Of a DNA stretch of 46,312 bases, positions 35,916 through 45,772 are shown piece by piece. Origin of the DNA: a virus (lineage: Duplodnaviria; Caudoviricetes); the IMG/VR virus record IMGVR_UViG_3300024309_000080, positions 1 through 46,312 of that record. One strand, 5' to 3'. Under the pieces are notes generated by a model. The model made no database searches, had not been told where the DNA came from, and saw only the letters and a list, made by a program, of their open reading frames with translations. The position numbers and the translations under genes were made by a program. The stretch's first letter is position 1, and every line of letters starts with the position of its first letter.

Positions 35916-35968
35916 AATTCACGTAGTGTGAATTTTTTTCTTGAATAATTCACGCAGCGTGATAGCGT
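35916..35968 (+). promoter_or_regulatory. early rightward promoter with two operators
   Basis: AATTCAC-N5-GTGAATT at 35916-35934; TCAC-N5-GTGA inside TTGAAT-16 nt-TAGCGT. Confidence 0.75.
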
Positions 35969-35990
35969 CTCTCCATCAAAGGAGAGCGCA

Positions 35991-36158
35991 ATGTCTCACA
36001 CCCGCAAGACAGATACCGCATTCGTTGCCGCCGTCGGCCGCCAAGCCCGCGAACAGCTCCTGATCATTCTCGTCCTCACCGCCGCGCTCGTCACGGCATG
36101 CGGCGCCGTCGGCTTCGAGCGCGTCAACCGCGCCTACGAAATCGCGTCGAGGGTCTGA
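35991..36158 (+). CDS. small membrane protein (55 aa, not in ORF track)
   Basis: AAGGAG SD; LLIILVLTAALVTACGAV. Confidence 0.65.
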   Translation: MSHTRKTDTAFVAAVGRQAREQLLIILVLTAALVTACGAVGFERVNRAYEIASRV

Positions 36159-36160
36159 TC

Positions 36161-36394
36161 ATGGCAAACATCGATCTCGCCGTCGCCCGCATCCGCAATC
36201 AGGCAGCACGCCGCCCGTTCGGTGAGCGCGCCCGGTACATCGCCGACAACATCCGCCACCAGCAGGACACCATCCGCAAGTTCACGACGGGCCGCGCGCC
36301 CGCCGGCTGGTCGCTGTCCGCGTCCGAAGAGCTGCTTCACCGCCTCGTCGACATGGAAGCCAAATTCGCCGCCGCCGAGCGCGCTGCGGCCTGA
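36161..36394 (+). CDS. hypothetical protein
   Basis: GAGG upstream; GC3-rich codons. Confidence 0.7.
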   Translation: MANIDLAVARIRNQAARRPFGERARYIADNIRHQQDTIRKFTTGRAPAGWSLSASEELLHRLVDMEAKFAAAERAAA

Positions 36395-36450
36395 TCGAAG
36401 ACGACTTCGCCGCCTGACCTCAAAACCACTCAAATTCAAGGAGACGCCAG

Positions 36451-37638
36451 ATGGCGAAGATCATGAAACTCACCGAAGCGCAGGAGAAGCGCCTTGTCGA
36501 ATTCCGCGAGGAATGGAGGCAGATCGGTCTTTGCTGCGACCCGGCTGACTTTGCGGCCGGCGACGAAGTTATCCGCGGCTTCTACAAACGTCTCGGCAAG
36601 GCTGATCCGATCATCCTTCACTTCTCGTCTCCGGCTATGTGCGAACTGGCGGTGAACGTCGTGTTCGGGCTTTTGAAGGAAGGCTACAGCCAGCTCCGCA
36701 GCCAGCTCGACAGCCAGCTCCGCAGCCAGCTCGGCAGCCAGCTCGACAGACAGCTCCGCAGCCAGCTCGACAGCCAGCTCCGCAGCCAGCTCGGCAGCCA
36801 GCTCGACAGACAGCTCTACAGCCAGCTCGACAGCCAGCTCCGCAGCCAGCTCGACAGCCAGCTCTACAGCCAGCTCCGCAGCCAGCTCGGCAGCCAGCTC
36901 GACAGCCAGCTCCGCAGCCAGCTCGACAGCCAGCTCCGCAGCCAGCTCGACAGCCAGCTCTACAGCCTTAAGGCCTACTTCCTCTCTAACCGTTGGGGAG
37001 CCGGTCAATGGTGCGCGTGGGAAGCCTTCTATCTTTTCGGGCACGAGATCGGCGTCGAATACAAGGCGGAGGATATCGCCCTGCTTCTGGAGTGGGGCCG
37101 CCTCTCGAAAAGCATTGGCTGGTGGGCACCGTGGGACGGCATCTGCTTTGTCAGCGACCGTCCACGCAAGGTCTCGTTCGACGACAACCGTTTGCTGCAC
37201 AACGAGACCGGCAAAGCCGTCGAGTATTCGGATGGCTGGGGCGTTTCGGCCTGGCATGGAACGCGCGTACCGGATCACTGGATAGCCGACCGTGCCAATC
37301 TCGATCCGAACGAGGTCATCAAAGCGTCGAATGTCGAGCAGCGCGCCGCGGGAGCCGCAATTGCGGGCTGGCCGAAGATGCTCACGGTCCTCAAATCGAA
37401 AGTTATCGACGACAGCGGGTCCGATGACATCGGCCAGTTGATCGAACTGACTCTTCCCGGTCTGCCGGAGCCGGGGCGGTTCCTAAAAGCCGCCTGCCCC
37501 CGCAACGGCATCATCGTCGAGGGCGTGCCTCGCGTTTCCGACATCGACGGCCTGCCGATCAACACCGCTCTCGCCGCCCAGGCGTGGCGGATCGGGGATC
37601 CACAATCCGAATACGCGCACCCGCCGCGCAGAACTTAA
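36451..37638 (+). CDS. DUF6745-like protein with SQLx tetrapeptide repeat
   Basis: GWWAPWDGICFVSDRP..LHNETGKAVEYSDGWGVSAWHGTRVP..NVEQR motifs; AAGGAG SD. Confidence 0.8.
   Translation: MAKIMKLTEAQEKRLVEFREEWRQIGLCCDPADFAAGDEVIRGFYKRLGKADPIILHFSSPAMCELAVNVVFGLLKEGYSQLRSQLDSQLRSQLGSQLDRQLRSQLDSQLRSQLGSQLDRQLYSQLDSQLRSQLDSQLYSQLRSQLGSQLDSQLRSQLDSQLRSQLDSQLYSLKAYFLSNRWGAGQWCAWEAFYLFGHEIGVEYKAEDIALLLEWGRLSKSIGWWAPWDGICFVSDRPRKVSFDDNRLLHNETGKAVEYSDGWGVSAWHGTRVPDHWIADRANLDPNEVIKASNVEQRAAGAAIAGWPKMLTVLKSKVIDDSGSDDIGQLIELTLPGLPEPGRFLKAACPRNGIIVEGVPRVSDIDGLPINTALAAQAWRIGDPQSEYAHPPRRT
36688..36963 (+). repeat. coding tandem repeat, 23 x 12 bp (AGCCAGCTCnnC)
   Basis: read directly; a 60-bp higher-order duplication is visible. 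Confidence 0.97.
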
Positions 37639-37660
37639 CCAAGAAAGAGGAAAGACCGAA

Positions 37661-38008
37661 ATGAAACAGGTAATCGGACAGCAGGGAGAAGTTCGAATCA
37701 TCAAGATCGATGCGCTTCCCGAAGGCATGCAAACCAAACCGGCCGAACGCGTCTCCAAGGGCTTCGTCATCTCGCACAGCGAGAGCGGCCACCACCATTG
37801 CGTGACCGGCGGTGACGTCATGGAGCGCGTCGACAATGTGCCGGCCGGCATGCAGCGGTTCTACGCGATCCTCGAAAACCCCGAGGAGTTCGTCCAGGAC
37901 GCTGCCAATCCGCACGGCGGCTATTCGCTCGATCCCGGCATCTACCAGTTCGATGTCAGCCGGGAATTCGACCCCTTCTCCGAGCAGGCCCGCAAGGTCG
38001 CCGACTGA
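37661..38008 (+). CDS. small His-rich partner protein
   Basis: QQGEV..HSESGHHH..H..LDPGIY..REFDP. Confidence 0.75.
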   Translation: MKQVIGQQGEVRIIKIDALPEGMQTKPAERVSKGFVISHSESGHHHCVTGGDVMERVDNVPAGMQRFYAILENPEEFVQDAANPHGGYSLDPGIYQFDVSREFDPFSEQARKVAD

Positions 38009-38115
38009 TCGCGTTCGGCGTCCGGCATCGCGTGTGCCGGACATCGAAATTGATCACCTACCCCAGCACGCAAGACGGTTCGACCTGATCTGCTGGGGCT
38101 CTCGAAACACAGGGG

Positions 38116-38448
38116 ATGAAGCAAATGGTTGCGCAGCTGGATGACGTAGAGCGCCTGTTCAACGCGGTGAAGAACCTCCGCGACGAGCGCCGCAAGATGC
38201 AGAAGCTCTCGGATAAGGCGCTCCACGCCGAAGGTCCGAAGGCATCGCAGAAAGCCAACGTTGATCTGAACTGGCAGGCATTCCACGTCAACAAGATCGA
38301 GCACGCCGTTCACGCAGCGGCAGTCGATTGCGGCTTCGCCGACCTCCGCAGCCCCGATCACTACCGCTCCTACAGCGTGAAGCTCACCGGATTCCACGAA
38401 TACGAGGTCAATCCCGACAAGCCGCGCGACCTGAACCGCGCCGCCTAA
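38116..38448 (+). CDS. hypothetical protein
   Basis: 110-aa ORF in the early operon. Confidence 0.7.
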   Translation: MKQMVAQLDDVERLFNAVKNLRDERRKMQKLSDKALHAEGPKASQKANVDLNWQAFHVNKIEHAVHAAAVDCGFADLRSPDHYRSYSVKLTGFHEYEVNPDKPRDLNRAA

Positions 38449-38498
38449 CCCCACCCCATCGCCCAGACGGGAGAGCGTCCCGTCGCAGTTTGAGGACA

Positions 38499-38729
38499 AT
38501 GGCAATGACCAACTTCATCACCGTCAGCCAAGGCGCGCTTGATGTCGCTCTCCTCGCCCGCGAGGTCTACGCGATGGAGACCGCGACGAAGCGCAGTTGC
38601 GACCGGTTCGCCCGCGAGACCATCGCCGAGCGCCGCGAAGATCTTGACGACCGTTTCCGGTCTCTGGCCGCCGACCTCGGCTTCGACGTCGTTCCGGCAG
38701 CGGCGAACGTGCGGGAGGCTGCAGAGTGA
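38499..38729 (+). CDS. hypothetical protein
   Basis: GAGG upstream; GTGA-coupled to the next gene. Confidence 0.65.
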   Translation: MAMTNFITVSQGALDVALLAREVYAMETATKRSCDRFARETIAERREDLDDRFRSLAADLGFDVVPAAANVREAAE

Positions 38730-39757
38730 CGGACATCATCACCCTCGCCCTCGGCGAACTGATCACGGCGCCCGGCCTGTATGCGGTGCCGGAAACAGCC
38801 TATCACGCTGATCCGGTATTCGAGCCCAGCCTCAGCCGGTCGATTGCCGAGAAGCTGATCCTGCAGAGCCCTATGCATGCCTTCGCCGCACACCCTCGGC
38901 TGACGAAGCAGGAGGAGAAGGACGAGGCAAACAGCCGGGCGCGCGATATCGGCTCGGCGGCGCACGCCATGCTCCTCGGTCAGCCGACCGTGATCTCCGT
39001 CCTGATGTTCGACGACTTCAAGAAGAAGGCGGCACAGGAAGCACGCTCCGAGGCGCAGGAGAAGGGCGCGATCGCGCTCCTCAAGAAGGACATGGACACC
39101 GTGCAGGCGATGGTCGAGAAGGCCCGTGCCGTGCTGGCGGAGAATGAAGACGACGCTGTCCGCGCGCTCGCCGGCAGTGGTGACGAGGCGTGGCCGCGCT
39201 TCAACGAGGTAACCGCCGTCTGGCAGGACCGATGCGGCGATATCTGGTCTCGCGCCCGCATGGACCGGCTGTCGATCAGCGCGAAGACGATCACCATCAT
39301 CGACTACAAGACGACCGAGCTCAGCGCCGCGCCCGATTACGTCGCCCGGACCATCTTCAACAACAACTACCATTTCCAGGAGGCGTTCTATCGCCGCGGT
39401 CTGCGGCAGTTGTTTCCCGAGATCGACCGCCACGAACTCCGGCTCGAGTTCCGCTTCATCGTTCAGGAGCAGGAACCGCCGTTCGAGATCACCGTCGCGA
39501 AGGTCGACGCCGCCGGCCGGCTGATCGGCGAGAAGATGACCTCCGCTGCCTTCCTGCTGTGGCGGAAGTGCCTGAGCGAAAACAATTGGCCCGGCTATCC
39601 CGGCGAGACGAAGACCGCCGAGATGCCCGCCTACATCGACACCCGCTGGTGCGCGAAGGAGATCGAGGACCCGTATTTGCAGGGTCTCGGCTTCGATCCG
39701 ATGCCCTTCTTCGAGACCAATCCCTACAAGCCGAAACCGATCATGGAGCCGAACTGA
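38726..39757 (+). CDS. RecE/exonuclease VIII-like PD-(D/E)XK nuclease
   Basis: YHAD..LSRS, GSAAHAMLL, RARMD..IIDYKT, YHFQEAFY, WPGY. Confidence 0.85.
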   Translation: MTDIITLALGELITAPGLYAVPETAYHADPVFEPSLSRSIAEKLILQSPMHAFAAHPRLTKQEEKDEANSRARDIGSAAHAMLLGQPTVISVLMFDDFKKKAAQEARSEAQEKGAIALLKKDMDTVQAMVEKARAVLAENEDDAVRALAGSGDEAWPRFNEVTAVWQDRCGDIWSRARMDRLSISAKTITIIDYKTTELSAAPDYVARTIFNNNYHFQEAFYRRGLRQLFPEIDRHELRLEFRFIVQEQEPPFEITVAKVDAAGRLIGEKMTSAAFLLWRKCLSENNWPGYPGETKTAEMPAYIDTRWCAKEIEDPYLQGLGFDPMPFFETNPYKPKPIMEPN

Positions 39758-39890
39758 TGAAGTTTCTCGGCCAGCCAAGACGGGTTTCATCCGGCTTCTG
39801 GAGCGTCACCGTCATGATCGCCGGCGACCGCTACGGATACCTCTTCCATGAGTCAGAGTGGCCACGCGTCCGTGCAGAGATGGAGAAAAA

Positions 39891-40997
39891 ATGATGTCCG
39901 AATTCACCGACGCCGTGCGCGACGACACCAGCCTCCTGATCGCGATCGCCGGCGCATCCGGCTCCGGCAAGACGTTCTCCGCGCTGACCATGGCAACCGG
40001 CCTCGCCCAGGGCGAGCCGATCTACGCGATCGACACCGAGGCGAAGCGCATGCTGCACTACGCCGACCAGTTCACGTTCAAGCACATGGACATGAAGCCG
40101 CCGTTCACGCCGGAGGCCTACATCGAGGCGATCCAGAAGGCCGAGCGCGCCGGCGCCAAGGTTATCATCATCGATTCCACGTCCGACGAATATGAAGGCG
40201 TCGGCGGCTTGCAGGAGATGCACGACGAGGAAGTCGCGCGTCTCGCCCGAAAGCCGTTCGATCAGCTGCAGGGCTGGGAAATCGACAAATTCAACGCGCC
40301 GGCGTGGAAGGTGCCGAAGACCCGCCACAAGACTCGCCTGATGTCGCCCCTGCGTCAGGTGCGCGCCTACATCATCTTCTGCCTGCGCGCCGAGGAGAAG
40401 ATCAAGTTCGTGAAGGTCTTCGACGAGAAGAGCGGCCGCGAGAAGACGGCGATCGAATCCGCCGGCTGGGTGCCGATCTGCGAGAAACGCTTCATGTACG
40501 AGATGACGATGAGCTTCACCGTCACGCCCGAGCGTCCCGGCGTGCCGCTCATCGAGGACGGGCAGGCCGTTCACGGCAAGATCCAGAGCCAGCACCTTCC
40601 GTTCTTTCCCGCCGGCCAGCGGGTCACGGAACAGTGCGGCCGCCTGCTGCGCGCCTGGGCCCGCGGCGAATCCACCAATCAGCCAGCCGCCGCCCCCGTA
40701 CGGCAGGCTGAAACCGGGGCCGGCCCGCGCTCCTCCTCCCAAGAGCCGGCCCCGAATGTCTCCCGCGCGCTGCTGGCCGAATACGACCAGAAGCTCGGCG
40801 CCGAACTCGACCGCGACGGGCTGATCGGGGCGCACGAGGCGTTCAAGCCGAACTTCGCCGGCGTGAACCCTGCCGGCGCCGAGATCGCGAAGAAAATCCT
40901 CAGCGCCCACAACGCACGCCTGAAAGGTGACGCGGACGCCGACAGCACGGCCATCTACGTCACCGGCCTGCTCGACGAGATCGGAGAACCCGCATGA
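39891..40997 (+). CDS. Sak4-like AAA ATPase (recombination)
   Basis: GASGSGKT, IDTE, IIIDS; adjacent to the exonuclease. Confidence 0.8.
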   Translation: MMSEFTDAVRDDTSLLIAIAGASGSGKTFSALTMATGLAQGEPIYAIDTEAKRMLHYADQFTFKHMDMKPPFTPEAYIEAIQKAERAGAKVIIIDSTSDEYEGVGGLQEMHDEEVARLARKPFDQLQGWEIDKFNAPAWKVPKTRHKTRLMSPLRQVRAYIIFCLRAEEKIKFVKVFDEKSGREKTAIESAGWVPICEKRFMYEMTMSFTVTPERPGVPLIEDGQAVHGKIQSQHLPFFPAGQRVTEQCGRLLRAWARGESTNQPAAAPVRQAETGAGPRSSSQEPAPNVSRALLAEYDQKLGAELDRDGLIGAHEAFKPNFAGVNPAGAEIAKKILSAHNARLKGDADADSTAIYVTGLLDEIGEPA

Positions 40998-41260
40998 CCA
41001 AGAAGATAGAAGACGGCGGGCCGGCGTGGATGCCCATCAGCACTGCACCCTACGGGCAGACTATTCTTGTCCGCAACAAGTTGACTGAAAAGCCAATTAG
41101 GGCAACGCGCGGATACGTCCACAACGGCGCCGTGCATCCTGATCAAACGTTTTGCACATCGGTCTACACACCGGATGACTTCTTCCCGTTCCCGGCTGGT
41201 AAGCTGGTCTGCCCTGATGAGTGGTGTGAGCTTACTGAACCTTCAGGCGGTGAAGCATGA
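40994..41260 (+). CDS. hypothetical protein
   Basis: WMPISTAP motif typical of phage accessory ORFs; coupled. Confidence 0.7.
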   Translation: MTKKIEDGGPAWMPISTAPYGQTILVRNKLTEKPIRATRGYVHNGAVHPDQTFCTSVYTPDDFFPFPAGKLVCPDEWCELTEPSGGEA

Positions 41261-41718
41261 GCGACCTGTCCTCACTCATCGCGCGCTTGGAAGCAGCGGA
41301 AGGGCCAGATCGAGAACTTGATCGGCTGATCCACTTCCACGTCGAATCCCCATGGCTTGCCGAGAAGTGTGTCAAATGGGTTCCAGCCGCTTTTGAGGGG
41401 CCGAACGATTTCCTGTGGTGGTCGGCAGAACGACAGGCGGAAGGCAAGGCAGGATATCACGATGGCTGGGAGAGCTACACCGCTTCGGTGGATGCTGCTG
41501 CCGAGCTCCTGCAAAACAAACTACCCGGCTGGTTCTGGCGATGCGGATCCACGCCGTTGTTCCCGAACGGTTGGGCATTCATTTCTCGGACTGACGCCAA
41601 CAATGCTCTGCCGGGAGACGAGTTCGCTTGCTCGGATGGCAAGGCGGCAACACCGGCAATCGCCCTAGTCTTGGCCACCCTCCGCGCTCTTCAGCAGAAA
41701 GGCTCCTCCGATGCCTGA
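41257..41718 (+). CDS. hypothetical protein
   Basis: LEAAEGPDRELD..YTASVDAA..ATPAIAL accessory family pattern. Confidence 0.7.
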   Translation: MSDLSSLIARLEAAEGPDRELDRLIHFHVESPWLAEKCVKWVPAAFEGPNDFLWWSAERQAEGKAGYHDGWESYTASVDAAAELLQNKLPGWFWRCGSTPLFPNGWAFISRTDANNALPGDEFACSDGKAATPAIALVLATLRALQQKGSSDA

Positions 41719-42322
41719 CCGTACATTAGGGAACGCCACCTACCCCGTATCAGCCATAGAGGCAATAGAGAAGGCAATGGAAGGCGTGACGCCGGGGCCG
41801 TGGTATCCTGGCCACCTTGGAACTGACAGCACATGTCAGTGCCGATCGATCGTTGATGAAGGCATCTACATGGGCGCCATAGCGACGGTGCACGTGGACA
41901 ATGGCCTCCCCATCGGCGAAGGCGGAAATGATGCTCCTCCTGCCGAGGAGGCGGCCGCAAACATGCGCTACATCGCGGCCTGCAACCCTGTCGCCATGCG
42001 TGAAGTCCTAGCCCTCGCCCGCCAGGCAGAGGCGCTACAGCAAGAAGTCGATAGCCTGAAGCAGACGCGCCAGCACAGCCGGGAAGCATCTGCGGCGCTC
42101 CATGACGCCTTTATGGAAGAGAGGAAGCGCGTAGAGGCGTTGCAGCGGGAGAATGCGGAACTTGCGAAGAGCCTTCTGGAAGTTTTGAACGCGGTCCGCG
42201 ACTACCTGCCGCCTGACGGGATTAGCGCGGGGGATTGCCTATCTCGCGTCATCGGCGCTGTGGACAACAGCGGCATCAACCCCCTCATCAAAAAGCTGGA
42301 GAATGCCGATGTCGATGCGTGA
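41711..42322 (+). CDS. Ead/Ea22-like protein
   Basis: TPGPW..ANMRYIAACNP motif plus coiled coil. Confidence 0.65.
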   Translation: MPDRTLGNATYPVSAIEAIEKAMEGVTPGPWYPGHLGTDSTCQCRSIVDEGIYMGAIATVHVDNGLPIGEGGNDAPPAEEAAANMRYIAACNPVAMREVLALARQAEALQQEVDSLKQTRQHSREASAALHDAFMEERKRVEALQRENAELAKSLLEVLNAVRDYLPPDGISAGDCLSRVIGAVDNSGINPLIKKLENADVDA

Positions 42323-42572
42323 AATCCCGGTCGCCTATGAATTTACCTGCGACGGTTGCGGGGCCAAGGAAACGAAGACTTCCAAAAGCAGGCCGGCCTA
42401 CTGGTGTGACCTGACCGTTGCGCAGGATGCCTACGACTACAGCGGCGCTGCCGTAGCCGACGGCACGGTCAAGAAAAGCCTGTGCTCGGATTGCCGCAAG
42501 GTGGTTGTCGAGGCCATCAACGCCGCCACTGCCGAACGTCGCGCACTCCTCGGAGGTAAAAATGCAGAGTGA
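42309..42572 (+). CDS. zinc-finger protein
   Basis: TCDGCG..LCSDC. Confidence 0.7.
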   Translation: MSMREIPVAYEFTCDGCGAKETKTSKSRPAYWCDLTVAQDAYDYSGAAVADGTVKKSLCSDCRKVVVEAINAATAERRALLGGKNAE

Positions 42573-43860
42573 ACTTAAGCCCTGCCCGTTCTGTGGCTCA
42601 GACAGGTTTATGGTGCTGCCGCCCACATGCGACCGGAACACGCCATACAGTGCGGCCGACCGCGCATACCCTGTTGTGCGATGCAGCGGCTGCTATACGG
42701 ATGTTCCCGGCAAGGATTTCGATGCTTCCAGCAAATCGGCCGTAGAAGCTTGGAACCGTCGCTCCCTCACCGCAGCCCTTTCTGATAAGCAGGCGGTAGA
42801 GGTGAAGGCGCTCCCGCTGAACTGGGCAACGGAGAAGAAAAGCGGTTTCACCATCCACGTTGGCCGAGGGCTAGGCCTCAAATACGAGGCTTGCATCAAG
42901 GCGTACTCGCCCGGTTGGGTGGTTACGCTTGGGCAGAGCGACGTTATTTTCGATGGTGCGGAAGCCGACGAAGATGCCGCCAAAGCAGCCGCCCAAGCCG
43001 ACTACGAGCAGCGCATCAGAAGCGCCCTTGTCGATGTGCCGGCGGTAGAGCGATCCCAACCGTCTACAAAACCGCTCCCTGATCAGGAATACCTTTGCTC
43101 AATCCTTCGATATGAATGGGAGACGGGAAGGCTTTTCTGGAAAAGCCGCGAAAGCGTACCGAAAGGTAGTGTCATCACTTGGAATAAAGCTCACGCCGGG
43201 CAGGAAGCATTCACCTATTCAGATCGGCGCGGGTACAAAATCGGGAAAATCGACGGTGAAGGATACCAAGCCCACCGTGTGATCTGGAAAATGGTTCACG
43301 GCAGAGACCCTGACTGCATTGACCACATCGACCACAACCCATCCAACAACCGGATAGGAAACCTTCGCTCCTGCTCGAATGCGGATAACAGCAGAAACTA
43401 TCGCATTTCCGTTTCTGGCACTTCAAAATACCGCGGCGTTTATCGCCTGAAAGGGTCGAAAACGTGGATCGCGCAAATGGCAGACGGAAAAGGCGGCAAG
43501 AGAAACCTCGGGACATTCGATTCCGAGGAGGAAGCCGCCAGAGCGTATGACGCCGCTGCCCGACAGTACCACGGGGAATTCGCCACCCTTAATTTCACCT
43601 CCCCACCCCTCTCCCGAGAAGGAGAGGACAGCGCGGAGGTGGTGCGGTTGCGAGGCCTGCTTTCGCGAGCGGAGGAATACGTCATTGACGGCGTGACCAA
43701 CGCCAAGGCCGAAGCTGAGATGAACGCGCCGTACCCGGCACGCGCTCCTCGATACGACGCAGCTCTTGCAGAGGTTCGCCAACTCTACGCCGACATTCAG
43801 GCCGCCCTCGCCGCCACGCGCAGCGGTTCCGCCACTACAGCATCTGGAGATCAGCCATGA
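42562..43860 (+). CDS. Lar-like zinc finger fused to HNH-AP2 endonuclease
   Basis: LKPCPFCG..AVEAWNRR; AHRVIW..IDHIDHNPSNNRIGNLR; SKYRGV..LGTFDSEEEAARAYD..HGEFATLNF. Confidence 0.8.
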   Translation: MQSELKPCPFCGSDRFMVLPPTCDRNTPYSAADRAYPVVRCSGCYTDVPGKDFDASSKSAVEAWNRRSLTAALSDKQAVEVKALPLNWATEKKSGFTIHVGRGLGLKYEACIKAYSPGWVVTLGQSDVIFDGAEADEDAAKAAAQADYEQRIRSALVDVPAVERSQPSTKPLPDQEYLCSILRYEWETGRLFWKSRESVPKGSVITWNKAHAGQEAFTYSDRRGYKIGKIDGEGYQAHRVIWKMVHGRDPDCIDHIDHNPSNNRIGNLRSCSNADNSRNYRISVSGTSKYRGVYRLKGSKTWIAQMADGKGGKRNLGTFDSEEEAARAYDAAARQYHGEFATLNFTSPPLSREGEDSAEVVRLRGLLSRAEEYVIDGVTNAKAEAEMNAPYPARAPRYDAALAEVRQLYADIQAALAATRSGSATTASGDQP

Positions 43861-44069
43861 CGGTTTGCTTCTCGTTCCGCGATGACTGCTGGCGCGTCTA
43901 CCTGCTTTGGGACTGGCCCTTCTGCGCCATCTATCGGCGCGTCGGCCCATCGTTTTCGAGCAAAGATCAGGCCAACGCCTACATCGCCGCCGTACGGCGC
44001 GGTGATGCAAGCCTTGCTGCAGCATCTGGAACCTCCGCTATCCGCCAGAGAGGAGAGAGCGATGCTTGA
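43857..44069 (+). CDS. hypothetical protein
   Basis: GGAG upstream; coupled. Confidence 0.55.
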   Translation: MTVCFSFRDDCWRVYLLWDWPFCAIYRRVGPSFSSKDQANAYIAAVRRGDASLAAASGTSAIRQRGESDA

Positions 44070-44265
44070 CCAAAGGTCGCTATTTGAGGCAGCCGTCGTT
44101 GATAGGATGAAAGAGAGCGGTTTCCTCGAAATCGAGATACGCACCGAGTGCCTTGTGCGCTGCGAAGATGGTTATGCCGATGAGGTAATAAACGCGGGGT
44201 GGCATTATTGGCAGTCCGCACTTCACGCCTCCTCCCGCAACGCACTGGATAAGGAGCGGGGATGA
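44062..44265 (+). CDS. hypothetical protein
   Basis: GAGGAG upstream; coupled to xis. Confidence 0.6.
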   Translation: MLDQRSLFEAAVVDRMKESGFLEIEIRTECLVRCEDGYADEVINAGWHYWQSALHASSRNALDKERG

Positions 44266-44507
44266 CGGCCAAGAATGCCCTTTTCGTCACCGACGGCCAG
44301 ATCGCCGAGCGGTTGGGTCTGACTTTCGACCAGTTCAAGGCAGCGCTCCACGCACTCGAAAAGAGCGGATTCCCCATGAAGGAGCCACTTTTCGAGAACC
44401 GTCGCTACTGGCCCGCCTGTCAGGCGTTCCTTGATCGCCGATACGGACTCGCGGCATCATCGCCCGGCGCCATCCCGGCGCTTGATGGAGAAGAGCGATG
44501 GAAATGA
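44262..44507 (+). CDS. excisionase-like winged-helix protein
   Basis: QIAERLG..GFP..RRYWPA; directly upstream of the integrase. Confidence 0.7.
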   Translation: MTAKNALFVTDGQIAERLGLTFDQFKAALHALEKSGFPMKEPLFENRRYWPACQAFLDRRYGLAASSPGAIPALDGEERWK

Positions 44508-45772
44508 AAGCTCCCGGCCTGAAAATCAGGCCTCGGGCAGACGGAACGACCGCCTATTACTGGGTGGCATCGTCCGTTTCCCGCGATGCGGCAGGATATC
44601 CGCAAAAGACGGTGCGCCTGCATGGTACCGGTGACGAGATCGCCGCGATTTGCAGGCGTCTGACGAGCGAGTTGAAGGAATGGTTGAGCCGCAAAGGCAT
44701 CGGCACGCGTGTCCAGTATGACGGCACGCTCCGTTCGATCATCAACCTTTACCGCCAGACCAAGGAAAGCCCATACTTCTCGGTGAAGAGCAACACCCGG
44801 GCGATGTACGACGAAAGCCTCGATCTGCTTGAGCGCACTGTCGGCGCGCGCCGGCTGGAGAAGCTGAACGGTCTCGACTTCAAACGCTGGTATGCGAACC
44901 TGAAGGAGCCGGCCGAGGACACCGAGAAGCAGGCGATTGCCCGGGCAGACGCGGCAAAGAACGGCATCGTCCTGCCGCCAAACCCGGAGCGGCCGCGGCG
45001 CGCCTACAAGGCGATGCAGCTCCTTCGGATCGTCATCAAGTTTGGCGTGGTGATCGATATCGCCGAGTGCGTCAGGCTGGCGACCATCCTCGAGAACATG
45101 GAGTTCAGCCCGCCGAAGTCCCGCAAGGAGCGGATCACCTTCGAGCAGACGCAGGCGATTTGCGAGAAGGCCATTGCCCGCGGCTGGCTGTCGATCGCGC
45201 TCGCCCAGGCGCTGGAGTTCGAATTGACCCTCCGCCAGATTGATGTCATCGGCCGTTGGGAGAAGATCGAGGGTGACAACTTCGGCGGTATCGTCGATCG
45301 CGGCCGGCAATGGCGTGACGGCCTGCTGTGGTCTCATCTCGATGAAAACGGCATTCTCACCAAGACCACGAGTAAGATCGACGACGTCATCGCCGAGCAT
45401 GACACCACAGCCTATCCGTTCCTCCGGAAGATCATCGATATGGTCCCTGCCGGCCAGCGCATCGGGCCGATGATCAAATGCGAAAGCACTGGACTGCCCT
45501 ATCGTTACCGGCACTTCGCCGAGCGCTGGCGGGAGGTGGCAACGGAAGCCGGGGTTCCCGCCAACGTGTGGAACCGTGACAGCCGTGCCGGCGGTGTGAC
45601 CGAAGGCTCCGACGCGGGCGCCGACATCGAGCATCTGCGCCACCACGCGAACCACAAAAACGCCGCGACGACGCAGCGCTATAACCGGAAAACGATCGAA
45701 AAAACCCGCGCCGTCGCCCATCTTCGAATCGCGAAGCGCAATGCGGGGAACGGATCGGATGCAGGGCTGTAG
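44498..45772 (+). CDS. int: tyrosine integrase
   Basis: LRQIDV, RDSRAGG, HANH and TTQRY catalytic-type motifs; adjacent to att and tRNA. Confidence 0.88.
   Translation: MEMKAPGLKIRPRADGTTAYYWVASSVSRDAAGYPQKTVRLHGTGDEIAAICRRLTSELKEWLSRKGIGTRVQYDGTLRSIINLYRQTKESPYFSVKSNTRAMYDESLDLLERTVGARRLEKLNGLDFKRWYANLKEPAEDTEKQAIARADAAKNGIVLPPNPERPRRAYKAMQLLRIVIKFGVVIDIAECVRLATILENMEFSPPKSRKERITFEQTQAICEKAIARGWLSIALAQALEFELTLRQIDVIGRWEKIEGDNFGGIVDRGRQWRDGLLWSHLDENGILTKTTSKIDDVIAEHDTTAYPFLRKIIDMVPAGQRIGPMIKCESTGLPYRYRHFAERWREVATEAGVPANVWNRDSRAGGVTEGSDAGADIEHLRHHANHKNAATTQRYNRKTIEKTRAVAHLRIAKRNAGNGSDAGL

Noticed and set aside
36688-36963. CRISPR array
   Set aside because: Contiguous 12-bp in-frame coding repeats with no spacers and no cas genes
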